Below are positions 37,394 to 41,294 of a stretch of DNA of 41,294 nucleotides, piece by piece (the stretch's first letter is position 1; the number at the start of each line of letters is the position of its first letter). The stretch lies in the NCBI RefSeq assembly GCF_006345805.1, contig NW_021835377.1:1-41294 (forward strand), written 5' to 3'. The stretch comes from Octopus sinensis. Taxonomy: Eukaryota. Position numbers and translations under genes: made by a program. The notes beneath the pieces were generated by a model, which was given only the letters and a program-made list of their open reading frames with translations, had not been told where the DNA came from and ran no database searches.

Positions 37394-38113
37394 CTAGTGT
37401 ATGCGTGTGAGCGTGTGTGTGTGAGGGTGTAACTGTGTATTTTCCTTTTTTGTGTGTGTGTGTGTGTGGTGTTTGTCCGTATGCATGTGTGCATGTGTGA
37501 GTGTGAGTGTGTGTGAGTATTTCTTTCAGTGTGTATGTGTGACTGTTTTATTTATGTGTGCGTGTGTATTTTCGTTTCTGTGTGTGAGTGTTTGAGTGTG
37601 TAACTGTGCATTTTCAATTTTGTGTGTGTATGCTTGTGGGCGTTGTGTGTGTGTCGTTACGCACGCACTGGTGTCGAAAGGCACAAACGCACACATACAC
37701 ACACACAATTGAAAATACAGTCACACACGCACACACCTTTTCCTGAGTTGCTTAGCAACGGGTAATAATAGAGAAAATAGTTTTATATTGAGAGAGAGAG
37801 AAACTCATATGTTATATAGTGAGTTAAATACAGACAGAGAGAGAGCGTAAAAGACAGAGAGAGAGACAGACAGACAGACAGAGAGAAGAAGATCTTAAGT
37901 AACTTTTGATGAAATTAAATGGAGTCGTTCAGTTTGTCTGCAAAAGATACAATCGAACGCTACAGTAGTTAAACCTCTTTCGCTTCATTTTTCGGTTACG
38001 AAACGAAATGTCTATTTCATATGTCACCAAAAATCGGAAGATTTTAAAGATACACGCAGACAAACACACACACAGACACACACACGCACACGCACACGCA
38101 CACGCACACGCAA

Positions 38114-38197
<84 letters not shown>

Positions 38198-38330
38198 TTC
38201 AAAATAGAAAATTACCCTTTAACATGCTAGAAATAGCAGCAAAGATTGCTACGATCCATTATTTTCTGGCAAATTTTGAAGTCCATGAAAAATAAAGACC
38301 TTTATCTTTTTATATATGTATATATATATA
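36781..38330 (+). repeat. Composite duplicated block Y2
   Basis: Paralog of 31226-32270, with extra segments at about 37131-37255 and 37737-38050. Confidence 0.85.
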
Positions 38331-38381
38331 CATCTACATATATATATATATACACACACACACATATGTATAGATATATAG

Positions 38382-38418
<37 letters not shown>

Positions 38419-38476
38419 ACATTATTGGTGAATTGAAGAAATGGAGCTGAACGCAGATTGAACAGAAATCGTTTTA

Positions 38477-38564
38477 TTTCATTTACACGTGTTTCGAAAG
38501 GCACAAATTACCAAAATCGATTGAATAATGGGACCATATTGTGTCTTTCTCTTCAGGAAGAAAA
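38477..38564 (-). ncRNA. Type I hammerhead ribozyme with canonical core, in a Penelope-pLTR-like segment (~38419-38900)
   Basis: Minus strand: CUGAAGA (38556-50), stem II GAAAGACACAA/UUGUGCCUUUC, GAAA (38495-92), palindromic CACGUG and GUA triplet. Stem I is imperfect. AAUAAA follows, then (TA)n. Confidence 0.7.
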
Positions 38565-38977
38565 AGGAAATCCGTTGGAACAAAACAAAAACAGAACAGA
38601 GGCGGAGCAAAAACAAATCGAACTATGCTCCTAAGAGCCCATGGCGAAAACTGTTTATCAGTGTATGTTGAGAACCGGTGGCTGAAGAATTCAACGGGTC
38701 AGGCATCGGTCAATCATGTGTGGGGTAGGGTGTATAGATGTTCTTTGTGACCGAGAATAAAGTTCTGACTATTAAGGAATATTGATGTTTTATAAGGGGG
38801 CGAGAAAAAATCTACTTAGAGAATGTGTGTGTGTGTGTATACTGTTCTATATAGTGTGTGTTGGCGTAGGGGTAGAAAACATTTTTTGTGTACGTGTGTG
38901 CGTTGATCGTTCGGCTGTCAGTGGCTACACACACGTTTATATATATGTACACACATACGTACATACATATCTATATG

Positions 38978-39010
<33 letters not shown>

Positions 39011-39040
39011 GTAAATACATATCTATATGTATGTATATAT

Positions 39041-39451
39041 TACTCTTTTACTCTTTTACTTGTTTCAGTCATATGACTACGGCCAAGCTGGAGCACCGCC
39101 TTTAGTCGAGCAACTCGACCCCGGACTTATTCTTTGTAAGCTTAGTACTTATTCTATCGGTATCTTTTGCCGAACGCTAAGTGACGGGGACGTAAACACA
39201 CCAGCATCGGTCGTCGAGCAATGTTAGGGGGACAAACACAGACACACAAACACACACACACACACACACACATATTAATTAACATATATACGACAGGCTT
39301 CTTTCAGTTTCCGTCTACCAAATCCACTCACAAGGCATTGGTCGGCCCGGGGCTATAGCAGAAGACACTTGCCCAAGATGCCACGCAGTGGGACTGAACC
39401 CGGAACCATGTGGCTGGTTAGCAAGCTACTTACCACACAGCCACTCCTGCG
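39041..39451 (-). mobile_element. Full-length octopus tRNA-derived CORE-type SINE
   Basis: Head CGCAGGAGTGGCTGTGTGGTAAG (A box), GGGTTCAGTCCC (B box), CORE-like CTTGGGCAAGTGTCTT, central (TG)n and (GTAAAAGA)n tail. Confidence 0.92.
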
Positions 39452-39809
39452 ACTATATTCATTTTTCTGCATTGAACACAGCTGAGACGCCGTACACTCA
39501 CACATGTATGTGCATGTATACACATAAATATATATGTTTATATATGCAATAGAAATATGCACGCATATGTATGTATAAGTTTATATATATATAAGTTTAT
39601 ATATATACATATATATATATATATACATACATTTATATACATACATATATATGTATTTACGTATGTGTGTAATATATTATATATATTATTATATACATAT
39701 ACATATATATATATATGTAGATGTATGTATGAATGTATCTATTCTTAGAAATATGTTACATATACACACACGTTTATATATAGTACACACATACGTTCAT
39801 ACATACTAT

Positions 39810-39858
<49 letters not shown>

Positions 39859-39896
39859 CACACATACGTAAATACATATCTATATGTATGTATATA

Positions 39897-40117
39897 TTAC
39901 TCTTTTACTCTTTTACTTGTTTCAGTCATTTTGACTGCGGCCATGCTGGAGCACCGCCTTTAGTCGATCAAATCGACCCCGGGACTTATTCTTTGTAAGC
40001 TTAGTACTCATTCTATCGGTCTACTTTGCCGAACCGCTAAGTGACGTAAACACACTAGCATCGGTTGTCAAGCAATGCTAGGGGGACAAACACAGACACA
40101 CAAACACACACACACAC

Positions 40118-40130
<13 letters not shown>
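39897..40130 (-). mobile_element. 3' half of the same SINE, cut at its central microsatellite by the Helitron
   Basis: Near-identical to 39041-39275, including the adjacent non-SINE flank. Confidence 0.85.
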
Positions 40131-40151
<21 letters not shown>

Positions 40152-41294
40152 CTAGCAGCATAGCCCGGCGTTGCCCGGGTATGTAAGAGCCCCTAATAGG
40201 CAACGACTAATCCCAATGTAGTCCTTTCCCTCCAGGGAACGAAGGTGCATGTGGACGTTGCAATGTCTTGTCTTCACTGGAATACTTCTGTATATACGAT
40301 GTTCCTAGCTGTCCGTTTGGGCGAAAACATGAAAACATCATTGCGCCTCCCAACGCGTGAACAGCCCACGTAGAGTTGACCGTGGGCGAAGCACTGTTCG
40401 CCCAAATGTAACCCAGCGACTTGTAGCGTTTGGCCTTGGGATTTATTGATGGACATTGCGAAGCAGAGTTTAACAGGAAACTGAGAACGCCTGAAGTGGA
40501 TTGAAGGTGCATCCGGCCGCCGTTATTAAATGTGGTGCCAAATGTTTCACAACCAAACGTGTGCCGTTTGCACTGTTTAGGTGGAACCAAATTCCTGATG
40601 AGCATAATGGGCGCACCGACTTTTAACTTCAGGATGTGTGGTGGCAGGCCTGGCGGTTCAAGTGAATTCAGGAATTCAACAGGATAATCGGCAAGCCGGG
40701 CGGGGTCTGCTGTCTATCTATAGATTTGTAGACGTGGACATCACCAGGAATAGCTTCAAGTAGCTGGACATTGATGGAGTTGACGGTTGTATTTTTGGGT
40801 GCGAGAATAGCTCTGCCTGCCAGCCATTTTAGGTCGCGTAAATTGTTTGTAGGTCGTGGAAGACAGCGTCCCGGAGGCTAACAGGGGTGTCGACAATGGT
40901 GCAAAGTGAGTCCAATTGAACGTAGCCATCCGCATCAGACAGCATCCTATTTTCACCGAGCGATAAGAGGTCCCTGGAGAATGCAGCGGATCCGCTGTCA
41001 CCAATTAACTGCGCGCGCATGTTAGTTTGGAGGTGCAAGGGCCGCACATGTGCCAAAGAGCTGACGACTTAAGGCACGCGCACACGGCATCGGCACGGGT
41101 TCCTGTTGGAATAACAGTAGAGTCTGCCTGAAGTCTCCTGAAAGAAGTAAAGTTAATCCTCCCATGGGGGGGACCGTAGAGTCTCTGATGTCTTGCAGGG
41201 ACCTGTCCAGTGCCTCAAGGGCGCCTTTGTGTGCCATAGTGCACACGTCCCATACGATGAGCTTGCATCTGCGCAGAATGTCAGCCTGTTCTGA
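40152..41294 (-). mobile_element. Helitron 3' end: frameshifted Pif1-like helicase C-terminus, terminal hairpin and CTAG; runs off the window
   Basis: Helicase motifs [49 protein letters not shown] and [11 protein letters not shown]...[13 protein letters not shown]...NIVYTEVF*. Hairpin CCCGGGCAACGCCGGG (40179-40164), then CTAG (40155-40152) followed by T. Confidence 0.95.

Noticed and set aside
37747-37759. RFX X-box-like palindrome GTTGCTTAGCAAC
   Set aside because: A single short motif inside a duplicated repeat block with no promoter context.
39380-39451. tRNA gene
   Set aside because: The A/B boxes belong to the SINE head and there is no complete cloverleaf.

Overview
Eukaryotic, repeat-saturated DNA, very likely from an octopus (coleoid cephalopod), judged from the tRNA/CORE-type SINEs and the dense (TA)n/(CA)n tracts. 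I cannot support any host protein-coding exon, although a promoter-like CpG-rich patch lies at about 0.7-1.25 kb. From 2.9 to 9 kb are old TE fossils (RTE, Tc1/mariner, possible Gypsy, Penelope GIY-YIG). From 9.5 to 17 kb is a mosaic of local segmental duplications. Two inverted copies of the same 5'-truncated CR1 LINE (17.1-19.0 and 24.4-26.1 kb) flank a degenerate TTAGGG tract, a 3.6-kb 34-bp satellite with higher-order repeats and a 15-bp G-rich minisatellite. The standout feature is a 4.8-kb palindromic array (26341-31172) of nine ~545-bp non-coding units inserted in (TA)n. Each unit carries a variant minimal type I hammerhead ribozyme (CCGAUGA...GAAA-CGUACG-UU), which suggests a Penelope-pLTR or retrozyme-like element. 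A diverged mini-relative at 11274-11562 has the same head-to-head, asymmetric-end geometry, and both insertions have paralogous empty sites inside the window. A near full-length RTE LINE (32584-36611) starts exactly at an HDV-like ribozyme fold. A canonical-core hammerhead lies at about 38.5 kb, and the 3' end of a Helitron fills the last 1.1 kb. All calls come from reading the sequence by eye; no searches or folding programs were run.
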